A stretch of DNA of 64,000 bases, taken from contig CM075994.1 in the NCBI GenBank assembly GCA_038087875.1, positions 5,458,001 through 5,522,000 on the forward strand, given 5' to 3'. Below, piece by piece: positions 1 to 13,650 of the stretch. This DNA comes from Malacoraja senta. Lineage: Eukaryota. Below the pieces are notes generated by a model. That model did not search any database. It saw only the letters and a list, made by a program, of their open reading frames with translations, and was not told the origin of the DNA. Each line of letters begins with the position of its first letter. Position 1 is the first letter of the stretch. The translations under genes and the position numbers were made by a program.

Positions 1-59
1 TGGGAAATATTATTGGTTGTAAATAATTAAACTAAATTGTCTTTTCTCACGTTCCTGAA

Positions 60-775
60 ATTTATTTCCCACCGAACACTGTCAAATTACTTCCTCGTCA
101 ATTCGTCCCTTCCCACCCAAACCAGCTCTCCCCTGGTACGTTCCATTGCAACCGCAGGAAATGCTACACTTATCGCTTTACCCCCCCCCCCCTCGACTAC
201 ATCCCAGGAGCCAAGCAGTCTTTCCAGATGGGGCAGAGGTTCACCTGCACCTCCCCCAACCTCATAAATTGCTCCGCTGCTCCAGGTGTCAATTGTTCTA
301 CATCGGTGAGACCAAGCGCAGGCTTGGCGATCGCTTCGCCCAACACCTCCGTTCAGTTGGCAATAACCAACCTGATCCCCCGGTGGCTCAACACTTTAGC
401 TCCCCCTCCCATTCCGAATCCGACCTTTCTGTATTGGGTTTCCTCCATGGCCAGAGTGAGTCGCACCGCAAATTGGGGGTAAAGCACCTAATATTTCGCT
501 TGGGTAATTAACACCCCAGCGATATTAACAATGACTTCTCCAATTTCAGGTAGTCCTTGCTTCCTTCCTCTCCCCTTGCAAGCTCTCTCACAGCCTACTC
601 TCTCCCTCTCTTCCTTTCTATTTCCCGCCCCCCCCCCACGTAAGTCTGAAGAAGCGTCTCAACCAGAAATGTCACCTATTCCTTCGCTCCTTAGACGCTG
701 CCTCACCCGTTGAGTTTCTCCAGCAATGTTGTCTACCTTCGATTTTTCCAGCATCTGCAGTTCTTTCTAAAACAA
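60..775 (+). mobile_element. Penelope-like element 3' fragment (GIY-YIG endonuclease end plus pLTR with degenerate hammerhead at ~646-673)
   Basis: ORF 146..511 RCSRCQLFYIGETKRRLGDRFAQH...VAQHF; same tail as the longer copies at 20.2 and 48.2 kb. Confidence 0.9.
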
Positions 776-806
776 CTATCAAATAAATATTGATTGATAG
801 TTTTAC

Positions 807-833
807 CTGCTTTCAATTCACGTAACTTTTCTT
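807..833 (-). CDS. Microexon 17, 27 nt, EEKLRELKA
   Basis: gatatttgaccttacag|AAGAAAAGTTACGTGAATTGAAAGCAG|gtaaaa. Confidence 0.8.
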
Positions 834-1579
834 CTGTAAGGTCAAATATCGAAAGGAATTTGGGGTTTAATGGCTTAAACGAAATGCAGTTGTTTTAGCA
901 GCATGTTCACTGATTTAATCATTATTCTGAAGCGGCTCAGCAACACATTCTGCAACACGTGCAAAACAACCTCCCAACTCCCGTAATCATTGTCCCATCT
1001 GATTAACGTTATCATGTCAACCGCATTTTTCACTACACGTCCATCCGCGACACCATTTCCATGGAGTCTTGTATATATCTAAATTTGTCCCTTCGCTTTC
1101 CAACACCTCCAAGGGCACTGACGTTCACTGTAATAGATCTACCATGGGTTGACTTACCACAATACATCACCTCATCCTTGCATTCAACGAAAAATACTAA
1201 CATAACTGATCGGGTTGAGAAACATATAAACCGCAAAACTACTATCTATGCTTTGTCATATAAATTTCCTGACTAGTGTACCATGTGATCTTTCTCGAAT
1301 AAGTCGCTTTTCACACAGACCTCCTTCCCCAACTTCCGTTGGCTCTCTTGGGTACATGCACCAGTTCCTCAGCGAAGCATTCTGCTCTCGATATCCTTCC
1401 ATTGCTTTCCTCGCGAGGATTAATGCAGAGATTGCTACCCATGCAGTGCTGCTTATTCTCCCTTTTCAAAACTCTTTCCATTTCCACCATATTGGATCCC
1501 GTTCTTGCTTTCTGTGTCAGAAAGAGTGACAAAATGCCAATCGTTTTGTTATGGTTATCTGCAACATATCGGGACTCAC

Positions 1580-1606
1580 CATCGAATTGCAAATGCTTCT
1601 TCAAAT
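1580..1606 (-). CDS. Microexon 16, 27 nt, DLKKHLQFD
   Basis: atatttcataacag|ATTTGAAGAAGCATTTGCAATTCGATG|gtgagt. Confidence 0.8.
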
Positions 1607-1761
1607 CTGTTATGAAATATATTTAGGCACGCCAATTACATATTGCTTCGGAAATATGGAACAACATAACCGTTTTAAAATTAAATCTATGAAAAATAGA
1701 AAATCGCGAAATAACACTCATCATCATTTTACAAAATAATATTACTTAGATAAAAACTTAC

Positions 1762-1788
1762 CTATTTCCTTATGTTCCAGTTCCTCAT
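1762..1788 (-). CDS. Microexon 15, 27 nt, DEELEHKEI
   Basis: cattttaatttcacag|ATGAGGAACTGGAACATAAGGAAATAG|gtaagt. Confidence 0.85.
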   Translation of the reverse strand: MRNWNIRK

Positions 1789-1928
1789 CTGTGAAATTAA
1801 AATGTGGACAGTTATATGAAGGCTATTTGCACCAAATCCGAAAGTGCATGCAGAGGGTAATGAGGATTTGGACGACTCTACCTGAAAAATTGGTGAACAA
1901 TTGAATATTAATGTATTGAACGAGAATA

Positions 1929-2105
1929 CAGGGCGCAGCGGTAGAGCGGTAGAGCTGCTGCCTTACAGCGCTTGCCGTGCTAGAGACCAGGGTTCCATCG
2001 CGACTACGTGTGCTGTGTTCTTGTACATTTTCCCCGTGACCACGTGGATTTTCGATAGCTTCGGTTTCTTCCCACACTCCAAAGACGTAGAATTTTATAG
2101 GTTGC
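1929..2105 (+). mobile_element. tRNA-derived V-SINE (HE1-like)
   Basis: A/B-box-like head (GCAGCGGTAGAG...GGTTCCATCG) and V-domain-like core TCGGTTTCTTCCCACACTCCAAAGACGT; related copies at ~4665-4815(-), 9395-9615(-), 9765-9925(+), 26501-26835(+). Confidence 0.75.
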
Positions 2106-2442
2106 ATGTAGACACAAAATGCAGGAGTAGGCCATTCGGCCCTTCGAGCCAACACCGCCATTCAATGTGATCATGGCCGTCCTTCCCACTCCCCTGACAT
2201 CAGTCTAAAAAGAAGGTGGTCGAGACGAAACGTCACCCATTCCTTATCTCCAGAGATGCTGCCTGTCGCACTATCAATTTAATTTGTTTGACTTTAGACT
2301 TGAGACATTAGAAATCGTGCGTGGGAACAAGCCCTTCCATCCATCGAGTGCGCGCCGAGCATAGAACATTCCACGCAAGCACTAGCCGACGCACTAAGGC
2401 CAATGTATGAGTTACAGAATTCAATGAACCTACAAACCGCTG

Positions 2443-4662
2443 CTGTATCCTCAATAATGTTAAGTACAAAGACCCATCAATTATGTCTATGCCTCTGTAC
2501 TCCACAATTTGAGATTTGAAGTGGAAAAATCATATCTGGTTTAAGTGCAATTTGCCACATTTCAATAAAGGCCATTTTATAAATTTTGCTTTCACCATGT
2601 AGAAATCACAGCAGTGTTTAAGGATACCCCCCCCCCCCATATCAAATGCATGCCCAATTGGATTCAGGTCGGTGATTGACGTGGCCACTCAATAAGTGAC
2701 CGTGTTTAGCTTTGAAAAACTCCTTTGTCGCTTTCGCACTATGTTTGGTATCTTTGTCTTCTTGCAGAATAGAACCGCCAGCCAATGAGTTTTGAGGCAT
2801 TTCTTTGAACTTGAGCAGATAGGATGTTTCTATACACTTCTGAATTCATTATGCTACTACCATCAGCAGTTGTATCATCAATGAACATAAGTGCGCCAGT
2901 ACCTTCAGCACCCATGTATGCCCAGTCCAGAACACCCCTACCAGCGTGTTCCACAGATGGTTTGGATCTTGAGCAGTTACTTCTCTCCTCCATACTTTGC
3001 TCTTGCCATTACTCCGATATAAGTTAATCTTCGTCTCATCTGTCCACATGACATTTTTCCAGAACTATGGTTGCTCTTTTAAGTACTTCTTAGCCAAATG
3101 TAACCTGGCCATCATATTTTTACGTCTAAGCACTGGTTTGGATGTTGCAATGTAGCCTCTATATTTCAGTTCATGAAGTCTTCTGCTGACAATGGTCCTG
3201 ACAAATCCACACCCGACTCCAGAAGAGTGTTTCTGATTTGTCAAACAGGTGTTTGGGGATGTTTCAATAATATGCAGCGAATTCGTCTCTAATCAGCTAT
3301 GGAAGTCTTCCTTGGCCTGCCAATTCCTTTGCGATTAGGTAGCTCACAATTGTTCTCTTTCTTCTTAATGATGATTAAAACTTTTGATTTTTGTAAGCTT
3401 AATATTTGGCTGATGTCCCTAACAGTTTCATTCTTGATTCTCAGTCTCACAATGGCTTATTTGACTTTCATTGGTACAAAGTTGGGCCTTATGTTGATAA
3501 ACAGCAATACAATAATCTAAATGTAAAGTAGTAAAGTAAAGTAAATGTATTTATATAGCACTTTTCAATCAGTTTCAATCACTGAAGACAAAGTGCTTTA
3601 CACAGAAAATTATCCATATAAATGAAAAAAAGTGGTAGAAAAAAAAAGACACGACACACTATTAGAGATTGAACACGAACACCCCCCCTCCCACAGCAGA
3701 GTCGACACTCTCCACTGTGAGGGAAAGGCACCAAAATGTCCAGTCCTCCTCCTAGTCCACCCGAGCTCGGGGCCAGTTTGAGGCCTCCGCAGCCAGTCGC
3801 CGCAACGGCAGCCCGATGTTGTAGGCCCGCCTGCCGGGAAGCTGGAACACCGGCATCGGGTGGAAAGTCCTCAGCTGCTTGGAAGTGTCTGGAGCGGCCG
3901 CTCCCTCCCCTGATAGCTTCGACTCTGACTCCGCGGTGTTTTCGATCCAGCGCCGCCCGCCCGCGGCGGGACACCCTCAGACCGCAGACCACAGACCGCA
4001 GATCGCAGACCGCAGACCGCAGACAGCGGCTGCTCGATGTTGGTGGTCGGCGGTCACAGCACTCCGGAGCGGCGACCCGGCGCGGCATCGCCCGCTCCGT
4101 TTTGGTGTCCCAGCGCTGTGCCGCCGAAGCTGTGGTCCCCGGCAGGAACGCCGCTCTAGCCCGATGGAAGGCCGCATGGGGCGAGCGAAAATGGGATTTG
4201 GAGGAAAACCGCAGCCCCGACCAGGTAGGACTGGGTTTGAAACAGTTTCCCCACCCCCACATAGAAAGAATAGACCTCCAAATAAAAATTGTAGACAATA
4301 AAAATGGTTAGAGGACGGACTGCAGGCAGGCGCCCGTACAAACGTGGAAAGACTAAAGAAATTACTAGGTGCTGAGAGCTCACTTATACCTGCATTAAGG
4401 ATGCATTTAAATACACATGAGCAATTAAAAACACATGTGAAGCCATGTATCCCAAACATTTTGGTGCCCTGAAATGGAGGGGGGGGGGGACTTTGTATAA
4501 ACACAGCTCTAATTTTTACATGGTGAAACCAAATTGCATAAACATACCATTTAATAACATCTGACCATGTGCACTTGAACCACGTGTTTTTTTTTAAAAT
4601 TACAAATCTTAAATTGTGTACAAAGGAAACTGAATAAATGATGGATCTTATGGAGGACACTG
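2443..4662 (-). mobile_element. Decayed Tc1/mariner transposon with ~200-bp TIRs, interrupted at ~3523-4310
   Basis: Transposase fragments WTDETKINLY..KVWRR and GTGALMFID...NSEVYRNIL; matching inverted blocks at ~2443-2640 and ~4450-4662; right end CACTG followed by TA. Confidence 0.85.
3523..4310 (-). mobile_element. GC-rich non-autonomous retroposon with an L2-like 3' tail, nested in the Tc1
   Basis: Minus-strand tail TGTAAAGCACTTTG...GTGCTATATAAAT plus (TTTAC)n; internal 7-bp (CAGACCG)n repeat at ~3978-4025. Confidence 0.55.
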
Positions 4663-5135
4663 TACGTCTTCGGAGTGTAGAAATAAACCGGAACACCCAG
4701 GCAAAGCCCACGCTATCACGGGAGAAAATACAATCTCCGTACAGTCATCACCCATACTCAGGATCATACTCTGGCCTTACTCCAGGGCCATAAAAGTGGC
4801 AATTCTACTTTTGCGCCAAACATTGTTGGTGGAGGTGATTTCATTGTTTTCTCCGGCGTTATCGCTGTCAACAACAAGTATCTGCGGGCTCGTCAGCGGG
4901 GTACCTTCTGGCTCAAGATTGCATTTTGACGATATTATTCTATTCGCCTCAGAATACGATCATCGATTTCAGACGAATTAGCGAAATAATTAAGGATCTA
5001 CTCTGAGAACATTCCTCATACCTATCAGTTCATCAAAACATGAACGTAATTAAGAGCTTATAGAGATATATGCGAAAAAAATTCAACTGACTGATTTCAG
5101 CGTCGCGAATTAAAGCATTTCATTAATATTGCCAA

Positions 5136-5323
5136 TGTAGCGGCCTGGACGAGGTAAGGAAAAGGCCAGACTCCATGCCGGTTCAAACAGTGGTATTTTA
5201 TCACACAGCGAAAGCACACACCCGAAAGGGACCTCGGGAAACGCCGTGACAGACCAGCGCCCCTGTCCCTCAATAGCCAAGGGGGTGATCTAAAGTGTGG
5301 CATAATCCCCAGGAACCGCCACA
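5136..5323 (-). repeat. Gypsy 3' LTR (188 bp)
   Basis: Direct repeat of 13685-13873 with roughly 25 differences by eye. Confidence 0.95.
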
Positions 5324-5539
5324 GCACCCCCCGAAGTAACCGAGGCACGAAATGGACAGGAGGGTGTACACGGCGGCCAGCCGGGTGCATAACATGCCCG
5401 GCACAGGAACAGGCAACTGACCAACAGGTGCAGGGGACGGAGTAGCCAGAGAAGGAGGTACCCTAGATCGAGGGCGCCCTCATTTACGGCACCGCGCTAC
5501 CAGCAGCGGCTGATCAATATAAATATGCGCCGGCTTCAA

Positions 5540-8263
5540 CCGAAACAGTCTCTTGCCGATCCCCCATGTCCAGGACGAATGTAGACGGGCCATGCTCTAG
5601 GACTCGGAAGGGACCCTCGTACGGCCGCAGGAGAGGTGTATGATGAGCATCCCTGCCCATGAGACGAACTGGCAGTCCTCCAGAACAGAGGACACGTGCG
5701 GACGGAAGGACCCATGGCGAGACGTGGGCACCGGCGCCAGCTTGCCCATCGTCTGCCGAAGACGTTGCATAGAATCCGAAGACTGCTCCACCTGGCCCCG
5801 TGCCGGTGGGATGAACTCCCCGGGCACCGTCAACGGAGAGCCATACACCAACTCGCAGAGGAAGCCAAGTCCTCTTTCCGTGCAGTGCGGATCCCCAGCA
5901 AAACCCACGGGAGAGCGTCCACCCAGTCCGGATCATTCAACCGTGCCTTCAGGGCATCCTTGAGTTGGCGGTGAAACCGCTCCACGAATCCGTTCGCCTG
6001 CGGATGATACGCCGTTTTGTGAAGTAGGCGGACCCCCAGGAGGCGTGCCATGCCCGACCACAGTTCCGACGTGAACTGAGGCCCCCGGTCGGATGTTATG
6101 TCCAGTGGCACACCGAACCGGGCTATCCAGTGCGCCACGAAGGCTCGAGAATAAGTGACCGTTGAAGAATAATTTAGCGGAATTGCTGCTGGCCACCGCG
6201 TGAAGCGGTCCACGACGGTGAAGAGACAGATCATGCCCCGGGACGGCGGCAGCGGCCCCACGATGTCCACGTGGATGTGGTCGAACCGCTGCTGTGGGAT
6301 GGTGAACTCCTGCAACGGCGCGCACACGTGTCGTTGCAGCTTGGCGGTCTGGCACGGGATGCATATGGGCGCCCAATGTCCAACCGCCTTCCGCAGACCG
6401 TGCCACATGAAGCGGGAAGCTATCAGGGCCGTTGTCGCCCGGACGGAGGGATGCGCCAGCCCATGGAGCACCTCAAACATTCTCCGCCGCCAGGCGACGG
6501 GGACGATGGGTCGCGGAAGTCCAGTGGAGACATCGCACAGCAGCGTTGCTCCCCCAGGATCACAGACAACGTCCTCCAACTGCAGGCCCGAAACTGCGTA
6601 CGATAGGCGGCCATCTCCTCGTCGTCCAGCTGAGCGGCTGCCAGGGCGGAATAATTAATACCCTCAGCGACTTGGAGAACCGCGTGGACTGCAAGTCGCG
6701 ATAAGTCGTCGGCCACCCTGTTGTATTTGCCCTCAACGAAACGGATGGACGTGGTGTACTCGGACGCATACGCCAACGGCCTCTGCTGCCGGGCAGACCA
6801 CGGGTCTGAAACCTTGGCGATCGCGAAGGTTAGCGGCTTGTGATCCGTAAATGCAGTAAAAGGGCTGCCCTCCATGAAATAGCGAAAATGGCGTACGGCG
6901 AGATACTGGGCAACGAGCGCGCGGTCGAAAGAACTGTAGCGGCGCTGAGCACAACTGAGATGCCTGTTGAAGAAAGCGAGTGGCCGCCAGCATCCTTCAT
7001 CGAGCTGCTCCAACACTGTCTCAACAGCAACCTCAGAAGCGTCTACCGTCAGGGCTGTCCAGTCGTCCTCTCGTGGGTGGACGGGCATCGTGGTCCCAGA
7101 CAGTGCCTCGTTAGTCCACTCGAATCCCGCTGTTGCTTCATCGGAACACTCAACCTCCCTGCGATGACCAGCACTCAGGTGGAAAAGCGGTCGCATGATT
7201 GCGGCCGCTGCCGGCAAGAAACGGTGATAAAAGGTGACCATCCCCACGAACTCCTGTAGACCCTTAACTGTGGTCGGACAGGGGAAGCTGCGGACAGCGT
7301 CCACCCTGGCCGGCAGAGGCACCACCCCCTGTGGACTTACGCGGTGGCCGAAGACGTCGATAGCCGTCACCCCAAAACGGATCTTGGACGGGTTGATGGG
7401 CAAACCAAAATTGCTGAGGCGCTGACACAGCCGATGGAGATGAATGCAGTGCTCCTGCCGCGAGCGACTGTTCACGAGTATGTCATCCAAGTACACAAAT
7501 ACGAAGTTCAGGCCGCGGCACACACAGTCCATAAGGCGCCGAAAGGCCTGCGCTGCATTCTTCAAACCAAACGGCATCCGCACAAATTCAAACAGTCCAA
7601 ATGGCGTTATAATGGCTGTCTTCGGGATATCGTCGGGTTGACCAAAATTTGGTTGTATCCTCGCACGAGGTCCACCTTGGAGAACACCGATGCTCCGGCC
7701 AGATGGGCATTGAAGTCCTGAATGTGCGGGACCGGGTACCTGTCTGCGACGGTCGCATCATTCAGGCGACGGTAACCCCCACACGGGCGCCTACCCCCAC
7801 CCGCTTTAGGGACCATGTGGAGCGTTGACGCCCATGGGCTATCGGAGGGGCGCTCGATGCCCATCGCCTCCATCATGCGGAACTCCTCCCGAGCCAGACT
7901 AAGCTTGTCTGGCGCGAGACGACGCGCCCGGGCGTGCACAGGCGGGCCGGTAGTAGGCATATGGTGCTCCACTCCGTGCTTGGGGTGGAGCACCGGAAGT
8001 GGGGTTCGAGGATGTCGGGAAAATCCACCAGAATGCTCGCGCCCTGATGGACGACAGGGCGCCATCAGGGCGCGATACGGGATCACCGATGCGGATGAAG
8101 ACCGGCTCCAGCGTGACGGAGTGCACCAGGCGCCGCCGCTTGACATCCACGGGCAGTGAATGGGCTCGAAGGAAGTCCGGCTGGGAAACGTCGGCGATGA
8201 CGATATCCCACGAAAAGCAGCTGCGGCCAAAGTTCAGGGATATAATGCGAACTCCGTAGGTGC
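5540..8263 (-). pseudogene. pol: Gypsy pol (PR C-terminus, RT, RNase H, integrase), frameshifted
   Basis: ORFs 7607..8230, 6423..7583, 5830..6579 and 5514..5936 in shifting frames. Confidence 0.93.
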
Positions 8264-8957
8264 CAGTGCAGGATTTAGATGAAGAGAGGACCTAAGCTGT
8301 TCCACTTGTGAGGCCCCTCCCAATCCCCCACCCCCACGACTAGAGAAAGATGGTCCACCAGATTGTCACCGATTTGCAGCCCAGCGTGGCCAGTGAGATA
8401 AGGGTCTGGAAAGCTGCGCTTATTTATTTATTTATTGCCAGTGCTAGTTTCGAGTTACCGGCTTAAAACAGTATTATTCTGAAATGGATGGCAATGAAAA
8501 TTACTGAAGGGTTGTTTAGAGACTACCGCGCGTTGTGACAGCATATGCAAGAAAGGCATATGACAGTCAAATATATTATACACCTTGCAGGGCTCTCACT
8601 TAATTTTGTTTCGCTGTTGTCAGCCGGGCAATATTGGCAGCTTTTTAGGTTGCCAAATGACAGTTTAGGTGGTCATTTAAGACGGCGTGCATGACGCGTG
8701 CGATAATGTGCTCGGACGATGTGCGTAGTTGCCAGTCGGAATGATTCTCAATGAAGCATTCACATATTATTTCTCCTACAAATAAAGTCACAAACTAAAC
8801 ATATTCACCAATCAAGACATGATATATACCACAATGACATGCAGCAAAATTATAATACATTATCTCAACAATTTTTACACATTGCAATTAATGCAATTTC
8901 TATTAGTTCTTTCCACTTCCAAACATCAATGTGGTTGGATTATTCAGCGTATGATCC

Positions 8958-9390
8958 ACCTCGGTGCGACCAAACGCTGGCTTGGCGATCGCTTCGCACA
9001 ACACCTCCACTCAGTTCGCAATAACCAACCTGATCTCCCGGTGGCTCAACACTTCAACTCTCCTTCCCATTCCGAATCCGATCTTTCTGCCCTGGGGCTC
9101 CAACATGGCCAGAGTGAGGGCCGCCGCATATTGGAGGAGCAGCACATCTATTTGTTTGGGTAGTTTATACCCCAGCGGTATGAACATTGGCCTCTAATTT
9201 CATGTTGTCCTTGCTTTCTCCTCCCCTTCCCAGCTCCCCCTTAGCCCACTGTCTCCACCTCTTCCTTTCTTCTTCCCGTCCCCCCCACCCTCACATCAGT
9301 CTGAAGAAAGGTCTCGACCCGAAACGTCGCCTATTTCCTTCGCTCCATAGATGTTGCCTCACCCGCTGAGTTTCTCCAGCATTTCTGTCC
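8958..9390 (+). mobile_element. Penelope-like 3' fragment
   Basis: GATKRWLGDRFAQHL...VAQHFNSPSH plus pLTR tail. Confidence 0.9.
9297..9330 (+). ncRNA. Minimal type I hammerhead ribozyme motif (best-preserved copy)
   Basis: CTGAAGA-A-AGGT(CTCG)ACCC-GAAA-CG-TC: full catalytic core, stem II with one mismatch, palindromic ACGT in place of stem III. Confidence 0.7.
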
Positions 9391-10136
9391 ACCCATTCAC
9401 ACAAGTTCTGTTATCCCACTTACCTCACCCACTCCCTACACATTAGGGGCAATTTTACAGAGAGGTTAACCTACAAAGCCAATGCGTCTTTGGGATGTGG
9501 GAGGAAAACCACACACTTGTAGGGAGAATGTGCAAATTCAACACAAACAGTGCCCGAGGAGAGGATCGAACACAGATCTCTGGCGTGTGAGGCAGCAAGT
9601 CTACCAGCTGTGCCTCTATATTTTATTTTCCAACACGTAACAAAATATACGTTGATAAATTTGGTTACTAAAAAAATGATAATATCCATTTTCAGTTTTA
9701 AATCTCCAAGTGACGCTATGTCCCCCTTTGCAGCTACTTTAGGTTTTAATAAAGTTCAAGACTATGGGGCAGTATATTGGCCATAAATTCGCTGCATAAA
9801 AGTGCCAGAGACCCGGAATTGATCCTGAATATGTGTGCTGTCTGTAAGGAGTTTGCTCCTTTTCCCTTTGATCGCATGGGTTTTCACCGGGTCCTCTTGT
9901 TTTCTTACACATTCCAATGGTGTGCAGGAACCTATTTCAGACCCAACCCAAAACATAATATTTTCGTTTTGTCCAGAGATTCTCTCTGACCTGTTGAGTT
10001 ACTACAGCTTTTTGTGTCTATCTTCAGTTTAATCCAGCATCTACAGTTCCTTCCTACACGCACGATACTATACGATAGAACTTTATTAATACACGAGGGA
10101 AATTTTGTTTGTGTGTGTTTATGTGGGTATATATAT

Positions 10137-10194
10137 CACACACACGCACAAACACACACACACACATACACACACGCACACACTCACACACTCA

Positions 10195-10231
<37 letters not shown>

Positions 10232-10275
10232 ACACACACACACACACACACACACACTTATATATATATATATAG
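10137..10275. repeat. (CA)n then (TA)n microsatellite
   Basis: Direct reading. Confidence 0.97.
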
Positions 10276-10871
10276 TTATATATTCATATATAAATATTCA
10301 CCGTTTTGTTTTCTCGGTTATAACATTGTTTACAGAGTACTATATTTACATATACTGTTGTGCTGCTGCAAGTAAGGATTTCATTGTTGTAACTGGGATG
10401 TGAGAGAATAAAACACTCATGACTCTTGACTTACTCCCCTAATGTGTGGGATAGAAATAGTGCACTGGTGATCGGTGGCCGGCGTGGACCCGGTGGGCCG
10501 AAGGGCATGTTTCCACGCACTATCTTTAAATTAAACTAAACACACTAAAACCAGAGGGAATCTAAAGAAGGGTCTCTACCCGAAACGTGACCCAATTTCT
10601 TCTATCCAGAGTTGCTGGCTGCACCATGGAGTTCCACCACACAATTAAAGCATGGACTAGTCTTCACCCTCCCATAGTTACCCAACCAGACGCAACTAAA
10701 TTTAAGGTAACTCTTTTTTTCCCAAGAAACTTTTTTTGCTTAAGTCCAAGTCAAGAGTCAAGAGAGTTTTATTGTCATGTGTCCCAGATAGGACAATGGA
10801 ATTCTTGCTTGCTGCAGCACAACAGAATATGTAAACATAATACAGAACAGGAGATAAAAGTTCAATGTGTT

Positions 10872-12080
10872 TATCTACAGCACCTAGAACGCCAGGGGAC
10901 CTATGCAAGGATCCTGTTTGTTGATTTTAGTTCTGCATTCAACATCACTGTGCCAGAGCAACTACACAATTCAAACTTTCCGAGTTGACTGTGCCTGAAC
11001 CGCTCTGTCAGTGGATCACCAACTTCCTGTCAGACAGGAAGCAGCATGTGAGGCTGGGAAAGCACATATCGGACCCGCAAACGCTCAGCATAATAGCACC
11101 GCAAGGCTGCGTACTCTCTCCTCTCCTCTACTCTCTCTACACCAACGACATTACCTCCACAGGCACCTCTGTCAAGCTTCACAAGTTTGCGGACGACACA
11201 ACCCTGATTGGACTGATCCAGGATGGGGAAGAATCTGCCTACAGACAGGAAGTGTCTCAGCTGGCGTGCTGGTGCCGTCGCAACAACCTAGAGCTCAATG
11301 CTCTTAAGACAGTGGAATTGATTGTAGACTTTAGGAGAGCTCCCCCTCCCCTCACCCCACTCACCATCAACAACACCACAGTCACATCTGTGGAGTCTTT
11401 TCAGTTCCTGGGAACCATCATCTCCAAGGACCTTAAGTGGGGAGCTACCATCGACTCCAAAGTCAAAAAGGCACAACTAAGGATGTACTTCCTGCGGCAG
11501 CTGAGGAAGCACAATCTGCCACAGACAATGATTGTCCAATTCTGTACGACAATCGTGGAGTTTGTTCTCACCTTCTCCATCATGGACGTGTTTGGCTCAT
11601 CCACTAAGCACGACACCTGGAGGCTGCAGCGAATCGTCGGATCAGCAGAGAAGATTATTGGCTGCAACCTTCCCTCCATTGATGAATTGTACACTGCAAG
11701 GGCCAGGAAGCGAGCGGGCAAGATCATCTCTGACCCCTCTCACACTGGCCACAAACACTTTGAATCACTTCCCTCTGGAAGGTGACTCCGGATTGTCAAA
11801 GCTGCCACAGCCAGACATAAACACATTTTTTATCCACGAGTAGTTGCTCTACTCAACAGCCAAAAATATGTAGCTTCCCTTTGATCTGGTATTTTGTTGA
11901 TTCACATGCTTGATCAATGGTGTTTTATAATTAATGTCTTATCATTATTATTATTATTAATGTTTATTGTTTTCGGAGTCATTCGTAACTGTCACTGTAT
12001 GTCATGTTGTTACTTATGGGCGGAGCACCAAGGCAAATTATTTGTCTGTGAATACTTGGCCAATAAACTTACTTACTTAC
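10872..12080 (+). mobile_element. 5'-truncated Rex1/Babar-clade LINE (RT C-terminal part)
   Basis: ORF 10985..11785 APQGCVLSPLLYSLYT...KFADDTT...WCRRNNLELNALKTVELIVDFRR; 3' AATAAA plus (CTTA)n tail. Confidence 0.9.
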
Positions 12081-12686
12081 ATACATACCATGGACCATAT
12101 ATATACACAATAAATAAACACATAAAATGCAAGAGGCTGTTAATGTTCAGCCCTCCACCACCTCCTGTTTAAATTCGATTTAGAATATTTATGAAGGACC
12201 AGGAAACCAGAAGCAAGAGTTGCTCCAGGGAGTTACCCCAGATCCAGAGTCAGGGAGCGTTTCTGCGTTGGTTTTCAGCGGTCGCAGCGAGGCGGCGACC
12301 GGACAGCAATGGCGGCCAGATCTCCCACAATTCAAAGCGAGGGAGAAAGTGCCCAGCGCCGACCAGTTGCCCTGGCAGTGCGCATGCGCATGTCGGCCGA
12401 TGATGTGCTGGCCGTGGTTGTGCGCATGTGCAGGGGAGGATGTACTGGCCGTAGCAGTGCGTATGTGCAGGGCGGCCTGCCATGCCTGCGGATCAGGAGC
12501 GAGCGGAGAGCGGTGACCAGGCAGCCCGGACACGGATACGCATGGAGGGCGGAGACGGAGAGAGACAAAGAGAGAGAGATAGAGAGGCCAGAGTTGAACG
12601 GCAGGTGACATGCCTTGGCCAGAGGCCGCCTAGATTTCGAGGCCCTAGGCTTAAGCTTGACAAGCTTATACGTAAATCCGGGCGTG

Positions 12687-13633
12687 GTAGGTGCGAATAG
12701 CAATCCCGTTCGCTGCGGTCAGGAGGGGGCCCCGTTTACGTGCACGGATGTCAGCGATGGAGGGAGGCAGATCACTCATTTCCGCACCATTGTGCACGAT
12801 GAATCGACCCCCAGTGCGGTGATCCCAGGCGAAGACGCGATGAATATTGCCAGCCGCCGAAGGAATCACAGGGTGGGCGACATTGCCTTGCTGCAGCTCC
12901 CCAGCGACGATGGTAATAGCATCAACCCCCTCTGCTGACGTCTGGTGGAACTGCAGGCGAATTTGGCTGGGTTGAACACTAGCGACATCTGCTAGCGTTG
13001 GGTGGAACTGCAGGAGGGCTGTGCTGAAAAGACGTGCCTGCAGTGGAATGCACGATGGCGGCCGGATTTCGCTGCGGGGGCCGACTGGGAGCAGCGCAGC
13101 CGCGGTGGATAGCGTCCCCGATATGATCTGAGCCTCCCGACGCCGCGTGAAGGACGGCCAGTGCTTCCAGGTCCAACTGGCGGGACATCCACAGCTCGTC
13201 TGCCTGCTCGGCCAGCGCCTGCATGTCGGTAAAGGGATTCCTGGCGAGCTGCAGGCGGATGTCGGGCAGGAGCTGCTGCATATAAGCGAATTTAAATAGG
13301 AAACAAGGTTCGTGGTCCCCTATTAGGACGAGCATGTCCTCCAGGAGGGCAGACGGCCGGCGGTCGCCCAGGTCGTCCATTCGGAGAATCTGAGCTACCC
13401 GCTAGGATTCACTAAGGCCAAACCTCCTGACAAGGAATTCCTTAAGGCCCCTATATTTTTTACTTAACGGTGGGGGTGAGGGGGGCTCCAAAGTAAGGCG
13501 CTTGTTCAAGCGCGTTGACCACATAAAAGTATTTTGTTTCGTCCGCAAATTGTGCCTCTGCCGGCTGGAACCAGATGCCACGCTCTTCGGTCCACAGAGT
13601 AGGGAGTTTATGTGCAACGGCGTTGTTATCCAT
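12687..13633 (-). pseudogene. gag: Gypsy gag and protease N-terminus
   Basis: MDNNAVAHKLPTLW...WFQPAEAQF; ORF 12979..13380; protease-like RFIVHNGAEMSDLP...LTAANG in ORF 12666..12869. Confidence 0.85.
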
Positions 13634-13650
13634 CACGATGTGTGATGAAT

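Larger units (their letters stand above)
8264..12686. mobile_element. Non-autonomous hAT-like DNA transposon inserted in the Gypsy protease
   Basis: 8-bp TSD GTAGGTGC (8256-8263, 12687-12694); imperfect TIRs CAGTGCAGGATTTA / CACGCCCGGATTTA; protease reading rejoins across the insert (..AANGIAIRTY|GVRIISLNFG..). Confidence 0.85.

Noticed and set aside
1929..2010. tRNA genes at SINE heads
   Set aside because: Degenerate and continuous with the V-SINE body.
3579..4711. Long overlapping ORFs in GC-rich inserts (also 12.2-12.7, 36.7-37.8, 45.0-45.6 kb)
   Set aside because: Open on both strands because GC-rich repeats lack stop codons; no recognisable domains.
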